From NCBI GenBank assembly GCA_035284945.1, contig JAYKGS010000098.1, forward strand, positions 69,372-133,371: DNA of 64,000 nt, given 5' to 3'. Source of the stretch: Synechococcus sp. (GTDB taxonomy: Bacteria; Cyanobacteriota; Cyanobacteriia; PCC-6307; Cyanobiaceae). Numbering within the stretch: position 1 is the stretch's first letter; every line of letters starts with the position of its first letter. Below are positions 1-10,752 of this stretch, in pieces. Below the pieces are notes generated by a model, which was not told where the DNA came from, did not search any database, and saw nothing but the letters and a program-made list of their open reading frames with translations. Made by a program: the position numbers and the translations under genes.

Positions 1-1
1 T

Positions 2-715
2 ATGGGCGTGCCCTTTCTGGATCCGGCCGCAATCCCCACAACCCTGGAGATGGGACCCTCTGGGGTTGCCCAGGGGTGCCTGGAGGCAGCTGGCAGCCAG
101 TTCATGGTCGGATCCGTTGGCATGGGCAATCCCCATGTGGTGGTTCCGGTTGAGGATGTGGAAAGCATCGACCTCGAGCGATTCGGTGCCGCCCTTGAGG
201 TGCACCCTGCCTTTCCCGCCCGGACCAATGTTCATTTTGTCCAGGTGGTCAGCCCCAGCCATCTGAGAATGCGGGTGTGGGAGCGAGGCGCTGGCCCAAC
301 GCTGGCCTGTGGCACAGGGGCCTGCGCCACCCTGGTGGTGGCCCATCGCTTCGGCCTGGTGGGCCGGCAGGCCAGGCTCGATCTCCCCGGCGGCAGCCTC
401 GAGATCGAGTGGGAAAATCAGACGGACCATCTGTTCATGACCGGGCCGGCGCTTGCCGTCTTCGACGGTGTCGCAAGCCCCGAACTTTGGGATGACCACC
501 AGGGGTCCATGGGAACTGAAACAGGCATCGACTGCGCTAGCGCCTGTGCACAGGGGTGTATCCAGCCTGAGGCCTGCGCATCAGCCGACGCACGAGCAAG
601 GGTGCAGGCCATGCTCGAGGCCAATTCTCTTGATGACCTCGTGGCCCTGGCCACCAACTCGCTTGAATCGCGTATCAGGGCACGTATTGCACGGGAGGGT
701 GAGGATCTTGAGTAG
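2..715 (+). CDS. dapF: Diaminopimelate epimerase (5'-truncated by window edge) with an extra Cys-rich C-terminal domain
   Basis: Motifs VGMGNPH, RVWERGAGPTLACGTGACA, LPGG, MTGPA; about 70 extra residues follow the usual C-terminus. Confidence 0.95.
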   Translation: MGVPFLDPAAIPTTLEMGPSGVAQGCLEAAGSQFMVGSVGMGNPHVVVPVEDVESIDLERFGAALEVHPAFPARTNVHFVQVVSPSHLRMRVWERGAGPTLACGTGACATLVVAHRFGLVGRQARLDLPGGSLEIEWENQTDHLFMTGPALAVFDGVASPELWDDHQGSMGTETGIDCASACAQGCIQPEACASADARARVQAMLEANSLDDLVALATNSLESRIRARIAREGEDLE

Positions 716-1967
716 GGCGGCGAGCTCCACCTGGGCTAACTATTTTGATGCCTGCGCCACCACCCCGCCTGCAGCAGAGGTCCTCGAAGCCATGGCGGCG
801 GTTCATGCCGGTGCCTGGGCAAACCCGTCGAGCCTGCATGGTTTTGGGGTGGCAGCTGGCGAGCAGCTGGAACGCTCTCGCCAACGGATCGGGGAACTGC
901 TGGGCTGCCTCAGCAGCCAGGTTCTGTTCACTTCGGGCGCCACCGAGTCGATCCACACCGCGCTGCTGGGCGTGGCATCCGGCATGCCTGCGGGGCGTCT
1001 GTTGATCTCCACGGTGGAACATCCAGCCACCCTGGCTGCTGCCACCCAGCTGCAGCGGCTCGGCTGGCAGGTGGAGCAGGTGCCGGTGGACAGGGTCGGG
1101 CAGGTTAGGCAGGAGCTTCTCGAGCAACTCCTGGTGCCCCCAACCCGTCTGGTGTCACTTATCTGGGGACAGAGCGAGGTGGGCACTATTCAACCGCTGC
1201 TGGCCATCGGCAACAGCTGCAGGAAGGCCGGGGTGCTGCTGCACGTGGATGCGGTGCAGGTGGTCGGCCACCAGCTGATCAACTTCAACTCCATGCCTGT
1301 GGACCTGCTCAGCCTTACAGCCCACAAGCTGCAGGGGCCCAGGGGAATTGGGGCGCTGCTGCTGCGCCCCGACATCCGCTTGACTCCCCTCATCGCCGGG
1401 GGGGGGCAGGAGTCCGGTATGCGGGGCGGAACAGAGCCAGTTGCCCTGGTGGCGGGCCTGACCAGGGCCCTGGAACTCGCGGTGGAGAGACTGGTTTGCC
1501 AGGGGGGGAACGATCCGATCGCTCCCCTGCGCGATGCCCTACTGGAGCAGTTGATGTTGTTGGATGACATCCAACTCACTGGTCCCGATCCACGCGATCG
1601 GCACGCCCCTGAGCGACTTCCCCACCACCTCAGCGTGCTGCTGGCCGGCCCGGATGGCCATCCCGTTTCTGGCAGGCGACTGGTGCGGTGCCTCTGGCAG
1701 CAGGGATATGCGGTAAGCAGCGGTTCCGCCTGCAGCAGTGGTGTGGCCGCCAGCCATGGTGGGCATGCACCGAGTCCGGTTCTGCAGGCCATGGGATACG
1801 CAGATCGGGTGGCTGGCAGTGGCCTTCGATTTAGCCTGGGTGCCTGGCACCGTGGGGCAGACCTGGTTGGGGTGGCAGCGGCACTGCAGCGAGCTCGGCG
1901 GCAACTTCTGACCGCAGGCACGACAGATCAGGGGTCCGGCCAGGCCTGCGCGCCTAGGTTCAGCTGA
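699..1967 (+). CDS. Cysteine desulfurase, IscS/NifS (group I) family
   Basis: YFDACATTP, ANPSSLH, FTSGATES, HVDAVQ, TAHKLQGPRG (PLP Lys), SSGSACSS (catalytic Cys); start GTG 699 or TTG 708, overlapping dapF end. Confidence 0.92.
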   Translation: MRILSRAASSTWANYFDACATTPPAAEVLEAMAAVHAGAWANPSSLHGFGVAAGEQLERSRQRIGELLGCLSSQVLFTSGATESIHTALLGVASGMPAGRLLISTVEHPATLAAATQLQRLGWQVEQVPVDRVGQVRQELLEQLLVPPTRLVSLIWGQSEVGTIQPLLAIGNSCRKAGVLLHVDAVQVVGHQLINFNSMPVDLLSLTAHKLQGPRGIGALLLRPDIRLTPLIAGGGQESGMRGGTEPVALVAGLTRALELAVERLVCQGGNDPIAPLRDALLEQLMLLDDIQLTGPDPRDRHAPERLPHHLSVLLAGPDGHPVSGRRLVRCLWQQGYAVSSGSACSSGVAASHGGHAPSPVLQAMGYADRVAGSGLRFSLGAWHRGADLVGVAAALQRARRQLLTAGTTDQGSGQACAPRFS

Positions 1968-1981
1968 ATTCCCTTGAATGG

Positions 1982-2674
1982 ATGCTTCCCGCCGATCTCC
2001 GCAGTGCTGAAGCTGAAGCCATCGGAGCGATCCAGGCTGCGCTGCGATCAAGCCCCAGAGGTCTGTGGTCCGTGGAACTGCGGTTTGAAGGGTTACGGAT
2101 CCAGCCCCTGGCCCTGAGACTGCTGGGCGCCCTGAGGGCCTTTCAGCCCGATGCACGCCTGCTCTGCGCCGATGCAGGTTCCACCGCATTGGCCCAGCGC
2201 GACGCTCCTGAGCTGGCAGAAGCGATTGCAAGCCTCAAGGACCAGCAGCGTCTGCAGCAGGCAGAAGGTGGCAGTGAAGAACTGCTGCTGATGGTTGCAC
2301 CAGGACCATCGGACTATGACCTGGTTGAAAGGGTCTGCGCTATGCACCGGGCATCCGTCGTGCTGCTCAATGCCAATCTCGAAGATGCGGCAGTCGGCAT
2401 CGGCAGTGTTGCCAGGGAGCGCCGTAAGGGCTTTCTGCTTGGGCTGCAGACGGCCTACGCGCTTATCCCCACTGCTGATGGGGCCCTGCGCCGTGCCTTC
2501 CCCGAGCCATGGCAGCTCTACCGCTCAGATCCGGATGGTTATCGAGCGGTGGCCAGCTTTGAGCGAAAACCTGATCTGGAGGAACAGGCTCTGGCCCTGG
2601 CGCACGAACAGGGCCTCAGCATCAACGCCAACCTGAGGCTGTTCGACGCCTTCATTGATGGGTTGAGCAGTTAG
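1982..2674 (+). CDS. DUF1995 family conserved cyanobacterial protein
   Basis: LPADL..AE N-terminus, DAGSTALAQRD, LNANLEDAAVGIGSVARERR, GALRRAFPEPWQLY. Confidence 0.8.
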   Translation: MLPADLRSAEAEAIGAIQAALRSSPRGLWSVELRFEGLRIQPLALRLLGALRAFQPDARLLCADAGSTALAQRDAPELAEAIASLKDQQRLQQAEGGSEELLLMVAPGPSDYDLVERVCAMHRASVVLLNANLEDAAVGIGSVARERRKGFLLGLQTAYALIPTADGALRRAFPEPWQLYRSDPDGYRAVASFERKPDLEEQALALAHEQGLSINANLRLFDAFIDGLSS

Positions 2675-2747
2675 GAGCCTGGGTGAACCACCATGGCTGG
2701 TCTGCCAGAGCCAACCTCCTTACACTTCCGGGAACCTGCTCAGCCCG

Positions 2748-3287
2748 ATGGCCGTCAAGAGTGACCAGCCCTCCCCACCCAACGGCCGCTCCTGGAGCCT
2801 GGTGGATGCAGCTGCCGCCGCAGCGGTAGTTCTCGCCGCAGCCGGCGTGATCTGGAGCCCCAAGCTCAGTGGGGCCATTGCTAAAGCCACCGGTGCCCTC
2901 AGCCCGGTGACGGTGCTTGTGGATGTGCGGGGAGTGCCCGTAGCCAACCCCAGCGGGCTTGTTCAGGCTGCCATGAGGGAAGGACAGGTTGCCATCGTGA
3001 TTCGCAACCAGCCCCACGGGTCGGTGAAGGTCAGGCAGATTCAGCCCCTGCAGCGGCTGCTTGTGGCCGTGCAACCCAACGGCAGCGTGGTCACAGCCAT
3101 CGATCCGAACCAGGCCAAGCTGGGCAATCTGGATGCCCGATTTGTACTCGAAGGTCAGGGGCGTAAGAGCGGCGGCGGGGTTGTGTTCGGCAACCAGAAT
3201 CTCAAGATTGGTGCCCCGGTTGAGATAGAGGGCCTGCAGTACCGGCTAAATGGGACCGTGACTGGCCTCGTGGTGGGGGCCAACTGA
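2748..3287 (+). CDS. DUF4330 family membrane-anchored protein
   Basis: N-terminal hydrophobic segment after SLVD, IRNQPHG, GGVVFGNQNLKIGAPVEIEG. Confidence 0.75.
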   Translation: MAVKSDQPSPPNGRSWSLVDAAAAAAVVLAAAGVIWSPKLSGAIAKATGALSPVTVLVDVRGVPVANPSGLVQAAMREGQVAIVIRNQPHGSVKVRQIQPLQRLLVAVQPNGSVVTAIDPNQAKLGNLDARFVLEGQGRKSGGGVVFGNQNLKIGAPVEIEGLQYRLNGTVTGLVVGAN

Positions 3288-3288
3288 A

Positions 3289-4590
3289 GTGAGCTATCGA
3301 AGGGCTGGCCAGTCTGTTTACCTGCTTCTGCTGGCGGGTTTAACCCAGCTGCCCGAGCCGCTCCTTGCCCAGGCTGGTCCTGCCCTGTCGATGCTCGCCC
3401 CCGAGCCAGCGGCGGAGGCCTCCATGCCGGCAGCGCCTCCACCGATTGGCCTCCCCCAGTTGCAGACCCAGCTGAGTTGCCCGGCACTGCAACAGAGATT
3501 GATCGCAGCAGTTGGGGCCCAGGCTTCTCTCTGGAGTGTGACGATTGCCGATTCCCAGGGAAGGCTGCTGGCCGACCTGAATGGCAGCCGTCCGCGGATT
3601 CCGGCATCAAATCAAAAATTGGTAAGCACGGCCTACGCCCTCGACAGGCTTGGCACCGATTACCGCCTCAACACCCAGTTGTGGCGCCTGGCTGATGGCA
3701 GCTTCAGGCTGACCGGCGAGGGGGACCCTGATCTGGCCCTGCCCCAGTTGCAACGCTTTGCCAAATTGGCGTTGGGCTCCGGCGGGGATGGTGGCCAGTT
3801 GCGGTCACTGCTGAAACTGCAGATTGCCGAAGAACCTCGCCAGACCTGGTGGCCCCAGGGTTGGCACCCCGATGATCGCTACTACGCCTATGGAGCTCCG
3901 ATCACCAGGCTTGCGCTCACATCCAATGCCATTCACGAGGCGGTTCTGAATCCCCCCTCACGGCTTCAGAGCCTGCTGCAAAAAACCATGGCTCAGCAGG
4001 GCGCCAAAGTGCAGGTATCGATGGTATCGGCCCGCCTGCCCCTGCCTGCGGATGCGGTGTTGATGCACCAGGAAAGCTCTGCGTCCATGCACAACCTGTT
4101 GAGCCTGGCAAACACGGAAAGTCACAATTTCACCGCGGAAGTTCTGTTACGCCAGGGGGCAAACAGCTGGGAACTGGGGGAGGCCGCAAGGCAGGTCACC
4201 TTCTGGCTGATGCAGCAAGGCTTGCCGATGCAGGGTGTGCGTGTCGCCGATGGCAGTGGGCTGGACCGGGCCAATCGCCTCACCAGCCGTTTCCTGGCTG
4301 CCCTGCTGTTGAGGATGGACCAACATCCCTACAGCCGCGCTTACCTGGCTTCGATGGCCGTTGCAGGCCAGCGGGGCACCCTGCGCAATCTCTACGCAGG
4401 CACCCCGCTTGCGGGCAAATTTTTTGGCAAAACCGGCACTATCAGTGGGGTTCGGGCCATCAGCGGTGTGCTGGTCACGTCTGATGGCCCCCGCTATGTC
4501 AGTGCGATCAGCAACGGTGCCAGCTCGCCAAACAACACCATCGGCCAGGTCCTGCTCGATACACAGAACACCAGGCTGTGTCAGCCCTAG
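3289..4590 (+). CDS. dacB: D-alanyl-D-alanine carboxypeptidase/endopeptidase (PBP4, peptidase S13)
   Basis: PASNQK (SxxK), ESHNFTAE (SxN), DGSGLDRAN, GKTGT (KTG). Confidence 0.92.
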   Translation: MSYRRAGQSVYLLLLAGLTQLPEPLLAQAGPALSMLAPEPAAEASMPAAPPPIGLPQLQTQLSCPALQQRLIAAVGAQASLWSVTIADSQGRLLADLNGSRPRIPASNQKLVSTAYALDRLGTDYRLNTQLWRLADGSFRLTGEGDPDLALPQLQRFAKLALGSGGDGGQLRSLLKLQIAEEPRQTWWPQGWHPDDRYYAYGAPITRLALTSNAIHEAVLNPPSRLQSLLQKTMAQQGAKVQVSMVSARLPLPADAVLMHQESSASMHNLLSLANTESHNFTAEVLLRQGANSWELGEAARQVTFWLMQQGLPMQGVRVADGSGLDRANRLTSRFLAALLLRMDQHPYSRAYLASMAVAGQRGTLRNLYAGTPLAGKFFGKTGTISGVRAISGVLVTSDGPRYVSAISNGASSPNNTIGQVLLDTQNTRLCQP

Positions 4591-5465
4591 CCGGCCAACT
4601 GCTTGAGGCCTTTAGCCTGCCGACGCCTGCGGCTGACGCTTAGGTCAGTGGCCGGTGGGGGGGTGATCGTCTCAGGCGACTGAAGCCGCACCAATTCCCG
4701 GCGGCCACCCAACACCACCTGGCTCAATTCCTTGAGCCGGCCCTCCAGCTCACCCAGAACCTGTTCGGCGTAACGATTGGCACCCTCTTCGGTGGCCGCA
4801 GCTTCCTGGCGGGTGCGGGCCAGGAGGGCGTCGCACTGCTGCTGGGTCTGCTGGCGGAACTGCAAAGCGTCATTCTGGAGCCTCTCGGCTTCGGCCTGGC
4901 TGTCGCGCTGAACCCGCACCCCTTCCTGGCGGATCTGCTCGAGCTCCCCCATCGCCTGTTGGCGGTTGCGCTCATGCTGGTCGAGGAACTGGCGGTTGCG
5001 TTCGGCACTCTCCTGCTCCAGCTGCTGGCGGCGGGAGGCAAACTGCTGCTCCTGCTGGGCCATGCGCGCCTGGTGCTCCTGCTCCGTCTGGGCCACCTGG
5101 TTGCGGGCCTGCAGCATCAGCTGCTCGCACTGCTGGCGCGCCTGCTCCCTGAGTTCAGCCACATGGCGCTCCGCCTCCTGGCGGATGGAGGCGCTGTTGA
5201 TCAGCTGCTCCCTTTCCCGCTTCCCCGCAGCGATGATCTCCTCTCCCTGCTGGCGGGCCTGGTTGATGAACTCCTCCCGCTGGCGAATCAGCTCCACGGC
5301 CTGGGCCAACTGCTTCGGCAGGGAATCGCGCAGGCTGTCCAGCACCTCTATTGCATCCTGTTCGTTCACCAACCGGCCCCCGCTGAAGGGGATGCGACTG
5401 CCTTCCAGCACGATCTCTTCGAGCTGGTCGAGTTGATCGAATGCGGTGATGGTGGCCTCGGGCAT
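4587..5465 (-). CDS. DivIVA-like coiled-coil cell division protein (Cdv3-like)
   Basis: LDQLEEIVLEGSRIPFSG N-terminus, long Gln/Glu/Arg coiled coil, GANRYAEQVL; directly downstream of coaD as in other cyanobacteria. Confidence 0.8.
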   Translation of the reverse strand: MPEATITAFDQLDQLEEIVLEGSRIPFSGGRLVNEQDAIEVLDSLRDSLPKQLAQAVELIRQREEFINQARQQGEEIIAAGKREREQLINSASIRQEAERHVAELREQARQQCEQLMLQARNQVAQTEQEHQARMAQQEQQFASRRQQLEQESAERNRQFLDQHERNRQQAMGELEQIRQEGVRVQRDSQAEAERLQNDALQFRQQTQQQCDALLARTRQEAAATEEGANRYAEQVLGELEGRLKELSQVVLGGRRELVRLQSPETITPPPATDLSVSRRRRQAKGLKQLAG

Positions 5466-5474
5466 GGGGAGGTG

Positions 5475-5990
<516 letters not shown>

Positions 5991-6035
5991 CTAGAGTTAT
6001 CCGAGTTTCTAGCCCCCCAGGGGGCGCCTGCGACC

Positions 6036-6530
6036 ATGGTTCAGCCCCCCAGTCTCAACGCCGACGCCAAGAAGACCCTGCTGCGCAAGATCCCCCATGG
6101 CGTGTTCATCTGTGGCGTGGCGGAGGGCGATGAGGTGAACGGATTCACCGCCAGCTGGGTCACCCAGGGGAGCTTCGACCCACCCCTGGTGGTGATGGCG
6201 GTGCGGGCCGACAGCACCAGCAATGGCATGATTCAGCGCTCGGGCAAATTTTGCCTCAACGTGCTCAAGGCCGATCAAAAGGACCTGGCCGCCGTCTTTT
6301 TCAAGCCCCAGAAAGCGGTGGGTGGGCGCTTCGATGCCGCACCGTTCAGCCTGGGGTCCCTGGGACTGCCGATACTCACCGACGCGATTGGCGCGCTGGA
6401 ATGCGAGCTGGTGGGCCAGGTTGCCCATGGTGACCACACCGTTTTCGTAGGGGAGGTAAGGGCCGCCACCCTGCATGGGGATGGCCCGGCTCTTGAGCTG
6501 GGCAGCACGGGCTGGCAGTACGGCGGCTGA
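6036..6530 (+). CDS. Flavin reductase-like (FMN-binding split barrel) protein
   Basis: [36 protein letters not shown]; ATG at 6036. Confidence 0.9.
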   Translation: MVQPPSLNADAKKTLLRKIPHGVFICGVAEGDEVNGFTASWVTQGSFDPPLVVMAVRADSTSNGMIQRSGKFCLNVLKADQKDLAAVFFKPQKAVGGRFDAAPFSLGSLGLPILTDAIGALECELVGQVAHGDHTVFVGEVRAATLHGDGPALELGSTGWQYGG

Positions 6531-6531
6531 A

Positions 6532-8487
6532 TTGGCACTGCCCCTGCTCCAACAACCGGAACGGCTCAAGGCCAGGCTGGATGAGATTCCCTCCGAGCCG
6601 GGGTGCTACCTGCTGCGGGATGCACAGGATCGCATCCTCTACATCGGCAAAGCCAAGCTGCTGCGCCCCAGGGTGCGCAGTTATTTCCAGAGCGGCCACG
6701 GCCATAGCCCGCGCATATCCCTGATGGTGCGCCAGGTCTCTGAGATCGAGTTCATCGTCACAGACAGCGAGGCCGAGGCCCTGGCCCTCGAGGCAAACCT
6801 GATCAAGCAGAACCAGCCCCACTTCAATGTGCTGCTGAAGGACGATAAGAAATATCCCTACCTGTGCATCACATGGAGTGAGCCTTATCCGCGGATTTTC
6901 ATTACCAGGCGGCGGCGGTTTCGTTCGCCCCTAGATCGCTTCTACGGACCCTATGTGGATGTGGGCCTGCTGCGCCGGACCCTCGCCCTGGTGAAGCGGG
7001 TATTTCCGCTGCGCCAGCGGCCCCAGCCGCTCTACAGGGAGCGCACCTGCCTCAACTACGACATCGGCCGCTGCCCTGGGGTCTGCCAGGAAAAGATCAG
7101 CTCCGAGGGTTACCACCGCACCCTGCGCCAGGTGGCGATGGTGTTTCAGGGGCGCAACGAGGAACTGCTTGAACTGCTGAATCAGCAGATGGGCAAGTAC
7201 GCCGAGCGTCTCGACTTTGAGAGTGCTGCTCGGGTGCGCGATCAGCTGCAGGGCATTGACACCCTTACGGCAGATCAGAAGATGAGCCTGGGCGACAGCT
7301 CGGTTAGCCGTGATGTGGTCGCTCTGGCCGCGGATGATCGGCTAGCGGCAGTTCAGTTGTTCCAGATGCGGGCCGGCAAGTTGGTGGGTCGGCTTGGTTT
7401 CACTGCTGATGCCGTCGGCGCCGATGGCCAGCCCCTTGAGCCCGGCCGCATCCTGCAGCTGGTGGTGGAGGAGCATTACAGCCAGGTGGAGCCGGTTGAA
7501 ATTCCCCCCGAACTGCTGCTGCAGCATGTTCTGCCCCAGCAGACCCTGATCGAGCAGTGGCTGGCTGAGCGGCGTGGCCGCAAGGTGAAGCTCGCCGTTC
7601 CCCAGCGGCAGCAGAAGGCCGACCTGATCGAGCTGCTGGAGCGCAATGCCAGCTACGAACTGCAGCGGGCCCAACGGGGTGCCGAACAGCAACTGTTGTC
7701 CACCGAAGACCTGGCCCAACTGCTGGAGCTGCCCATCCCACCGAGGCGCATCGAGGGTTTTGACATCAGCCATATCCAGGGCAGCGACGCAGTGGCATCC
7801 CAGGTGGTGTTCATCGATGGGCTGCCTGCCAAGCAGCACTACAGGAAATACAGGATTCAGAGCAGCTCGATCAGGGCCGGACACTCCGACGACTTCATGG
7901 CCATGGCCGAGATCATGCGGCGCCGCTTCCGCCGCTGGGCCCAGGCCAAGGCCGAGGGTGCCGATCTGCTCGCGCTGCGCCAGGCTGCCAACAGCACATT
8001 GCATACGAGCGGCTTCAACGACTGGCCGGATGTGGTGATGGTCGACGGCGGCAAGGGACAGCTCTCGGCCGTGATGGAGGCACTGCGGGAGCTCAACCTC
8101 GAGGACGACCTGGTGGTCTGTGCCCTTGCCAAGCAACGGGAGGAGGTGTTTGTGCCAGGGGCGAAGCTGCCCTTGGAGAGTGAGCCCGATCAGCTCGGCG
8201 TGCGGCTGCTGCGGCGCCTGCGCGACGAAGCCCACCGCTTCGCCGTGAGCTTCCACCGGCAGCAGCGGGGGGAGCGGATGAAGCGCTCCCGTCTTTCCGA
8301 TATCCCAGGGCTGGGACCCAAGCGGGTCAAGGAGCTGCTCGCCCACTTTCGCTCGATCGACGCGATCCAGCTGGCGACTGCCGATCAGATCGCTGCTACC
8401 CCAGGGGTGGGGCCGGCCCTGGCCCATCAGATATGGACCTACTTTCACCCCAGTGATGGGATGGATGGCGAGGAGTTGGCAAGTTGA
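6532..8487 (+). CDS. uvrC: Excinuclease ABC subunit C
   Basis: GIY-YIG region (PGCY...YIGKAK), [28 protein letters not shown]-terminal HhH; TTG start 1 nt after upstream stop. Confidence 0.97.
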   Translation: MALPLLQQPERLKARLDEIPSEPGCYLLRDAQDRILYIGKAKLLRPRVRSYFQSGHGHSPRISLMVRQVSEIEFIVTDSEAEALALEANLIKQNQPHFNVLLKDDKKYPYLCITWSEPYPRIFITRRRRFRSPLDRFYGPYVDVGLLRRTLALVKRVFPLRQRPQPLYRERTCLNYDIGRCPGVCQEKISSEGYHRTLRQVAMVFQGRNEELLELLNQQMGKYAERLDFESAARVRDQLQGIDTLTADQKMSLGDSSVSRDVVALAADDRLAAVQLFQMRAGKLVGRLGFTADAVGADGQPLEPGRILQLVVEEHYSQVEPVEIPPELLLQHVLPQQTLIEQWLAERRGRKVKLAVPQRQQKADLIELLERNASYELQRAQRGAEQQLLSTEDLAQLLELPIPPRRIEGFDISHIQGSDAVASQVVFIDGLPAKQHYRKYRIQSSSIRAGHSDDFMAMAEIMRRRFRRWAQAKAEGADLLALRQAANSTLHTSGFNDWPDVVMVDGGKGQLSAVMEALRELNLEDDLVVCALAKQREEVFVPGAKLPLESEPDQLGVRLLRRLRDEAHRFAVSFHRQQRGERMKRSRLSDIPGLGPKRVKELLAHFRSIDAIQLATADQIAATPGVGPALAHQIWTYFHPSDGMDGEELAS

Positions 8488-8798
8488 AGCACCTGTCTTT
8501 TCTTACCCTGCTCATCGGGGCCCTGGTGGTGCTGCTCCTGCTGTCCCCGGCTCTGATCCTCCCGGCCTTCGGCGCGCCCGGGATCTGCGTCGGTCCGGTC
8601 TGTGGTGATGGGATCAGCCGCAGTGCAAAACACCACTGGCAGCTACGCCTGCGGGTGGGCGACCAGCAGGGTCAACATGAGCGCCTGACTGTGGATTGCC
8701 GCAATGGCGGCGTAAGCCCCCTGGCCGGACCTGTGGACCGGGGTTACGCCGCCGCCGTTGCCAGGCGTGCCTGCCGGCTGGCGGGGGAACCGGGGTAG
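8484..8798 (+). CDS. Hypothetical exported small protein (4 Cys)
   Basis: 4-nt overlap with uvrC stop, signal-peptide-like N-terminus, CVGPVC...DC...AC. Confidence 0.7.
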   Translation: MKHLSFLTLLIGALVVLLLLSPALILPAFGAPGICVGPVCGDGISRSAKHHWQLRLRVGDQQGQHERLTVDCRNGGVSPLAGPVDRGYAAAVARRACRLAGEPG

Positions 8799-8878
8799 GT
8801 CGATCGGTTCTCCGCCTCCGCTGGCCAAATTGCCGCCTAGCCAGCACTCCAGAATTAACTGGTTGTCATATTGCCGTC

Positions 8879-9136
8879 ATGGCCCGTTTCAACAGTCTCC
8901 GGGTATCTGAGCGCAGCGGACCACCGCCGTTGCTGGTGGCGCCGCTGCTGGCGCTCGCGGCTGTCGGAGCCCTGGTGATCGGGCCGCTCCTGGCCCTGGC
9001 GGCAATTCCGGTACTGGTGACCGTGCTTGTGCTGGTGGGCTGGCTGCTGGCCTGCGGTCTTGGTGCCTGGGCCCTGATCGAGGGCCTGGCGGCCTTCGAG
9101 CGTTGGATCGAATCCGATTCCCGCTTCAGGCAATGA
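8879..9136 (+). CDS. Hypothetical small membrane protein
   Basis: ATG 8879, two long hydrophobic stretches, charged C-tail FERWIESDSRF; fills the gap between neighbours. Confidence 0.6.
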   Translation: MARFNSLRVSERSGPPPLLVAPLLALAAVGALVIGPLLALAAIPVLVTVLVLVGWLLACGLGAWALIEGLAAFERWIESDSRFRQ

Positions 9137-9155
9137 TCAGCTGGGGGCAAAGGCG

Positions 9156-10724
9156 GTGGGTTGTGCCGTGATCGGCATCTGGATCCTGGGCGACCAGCTG
9201 ACCACCGAGCATCCCTCCCTGGTCGCGCTGGAGCAAAGCCTTGGCCCTGATCAGGCCCGGTGCAGCTGCCGGATCCTGCTGATCGAAAGCAGCTCCGTGC
9301 TGCATTGGCGCCGCTACCACCGCCAGAAGTTGGTGCTGGTGTGGAGTTCCATGCGCCATTTCGCGGCCGACCTCACACTGGCCGGCTGGACCGTGGACCA
9401 CCTGGAAGCCAGCAGCTTTGCCGAGGCCCTTGGCAGCTGGATCCCCAGCCAGGGCATAACCAGGCTGGAACTCATGGAGCCGGCGGAGCGACCCTTCCGT
9501 CAGGCGATCGACCGCCTCGCCCTGCCGATCCCACTGCAGTGGCACCCTTCCAATGCCTTTCTCTGGAGCCGGGAGGAGTTCGCTGCCTGGGCCAGGCCCT
9601 ACAAGCAGCTGCGCCTGGAGCTGTTCTACAGGCAGGGCCGCCGGCGTTTCGGCGTGCTGATGGATGGCGATGGACCCATGGGGAGCCAGTGGAACTACGA
9701 CCAGGCCAACCGCAAAGCCCCACCGAAAGGGCTGCAGGGCCCCGAGCCCCTTACCTTTGAGCCGGACGGCATCACCCGAGCCGTGATTGCCAAGGTGGAA
9801 CGCCTGGCCGGGGAGCTGGATGCCTCTGGCGAGGCCGGCCTGCCGGGGGAGAGCCAACCCTTCCACTGGGGTGTGACCCGCAGCCAGGCCCTGGCGGTGC
9901 TGGAGCACTTCATCGCCACCCGCCTCGATGGCTTCGGCCCCTACCAGGACGCGATGGTGGGCGGTCAGCCAACTCTCTGGCACGCCCTGCTGTCGCCGTA
10001 CCTCAACCTGGGCCTGCTGGGGCCCCTTGAGGTCATCCGCCGCCTGGAGCAGGCGGGTCTGGAGCGGGGCACGCCGCTGGCCTCACTGGAGGGGGTGATC
10101 CGCCAGATTCTCGGTTGGCGTGAGTACACCCACGGGCTCTACTGGTGGTTCGGGTCCGACTACTCCCAGCGCAACCACTTTGGTGCCGATCGGCCGCTGC
10201 CAGCCTGGCTTGAAGGTCTCGGTGGCAGCGGCATGGCCTGCCTCGACACCGTGCTCGGCGAACTGAAGGTCAGCGGCTACGCCCACCACATCCAGCGGCT
10301 GATGGTGCTGGCCAACTACGGCCTGATAGCCGGCCTCGATCCCCAGGCCCTCACCGGCTGGTTTCACCGGATGTTCATCGACGGCTATGACTGGGTGATG
10401 CAGACCAATGTGCTCGGCATGGGCCTGTTCGCCGACGGCGGCCTGCTGGCCAGCAAGCCCTATGCCGCCAGCGGCAACTACATAAACCGGATGAGCACCT
10501 ACTGCAAGGGCTGCCGCTACAGCCCGAAGCAGCGCAGCGGCCCCGATGCCTGCCCCTTCAATTCCCTCTACTGGGACTTTCTGGCCCGCCACGCCGGGGA
10601 GCTGGGCCCCAACCCCCGCATGACCCTGGTGATCAAGCAGCTGGAGCGGATCCCCGACGACGAACTGGCGGCGATTCAGGCCAGTGCAGCCGCCCATCAG
10701 ACCGCTGCGGCATTTCCGGGATGA
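9156..10724 (+). CDS. Cryptochrome/photolyase, Fe-S bacterial (6-4) photolyase (PhrB/CryPro) class
   Basis: ILGDQL, HRQKLVLVWSSMRHF, FGPYQDAM, GYAHHIQRLM, KPYAASGNYINRMS; four Cys in MAC, YCKGC, ACPF. Confidence 0.93.
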   Translation: MGCAVIGIWILGDQLTTEHPSLVALEQSLGPDQARCSCRILLIESSSVLHWRRYHRQKLVLVWSSMRHFAADLTLAGWTVDHLEASSFAEALGSWIPSQGITRLELMEPAERPFRQAIDRLALPIPLQWHPSNAFLWSREEFAAWARPYKQLRLELFYRQGRRRFGVLMDGDGPMGSQWNYDQANRKAPPKGLQGPEPLTFEPDGITRAVIAKVERLAGELDASGEAGLPGESQPFHWGVTRSQALAVLEHFIATRLDGFGPYQDAMVGGQPTLWHALLSPYLNLGLLGPLEVIRRLEQAGLERGTPLASLEGVIRQILGWREYTHGLYWWFGSDYSQRNHFGADRPLPAWLEGLGGSGMACLDTVLGELKVSGYAHHIQRLMVLANYGLIAGLDPQALTGWFHRMFIDGYDWVMQTNVLGMGLFADGGLLASKPYAASGNYINRMSTYCKGCRYSPKQRSGPDACPFNSLYWDFLARHAGELGPNPRMTLVIKQLERIPDDELAAIQASAAAHQTAAAFPG

Positions 10725-10752
10725 TGAATTGCCGTTCGCACCAGCGATCTCG

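Noticed and set aside
453-698. N-terminal extensions on the desulfurase, SDR (to 24300), upp (from 51477) and metG (from 38896) ORFs
   Set aside because: They overlap neighbouring real genes, and family motifs begin only at the later starts given.
7342-8448. Long antisense ORFs here and at 9126-9983, 53367-54341 and 56305-57315
   Set aside because: Shadows of GC-rich genes (uvrC, photolyase, ilvD, gndA/pgl), with few stops on the opposite strand and no protein motifs.
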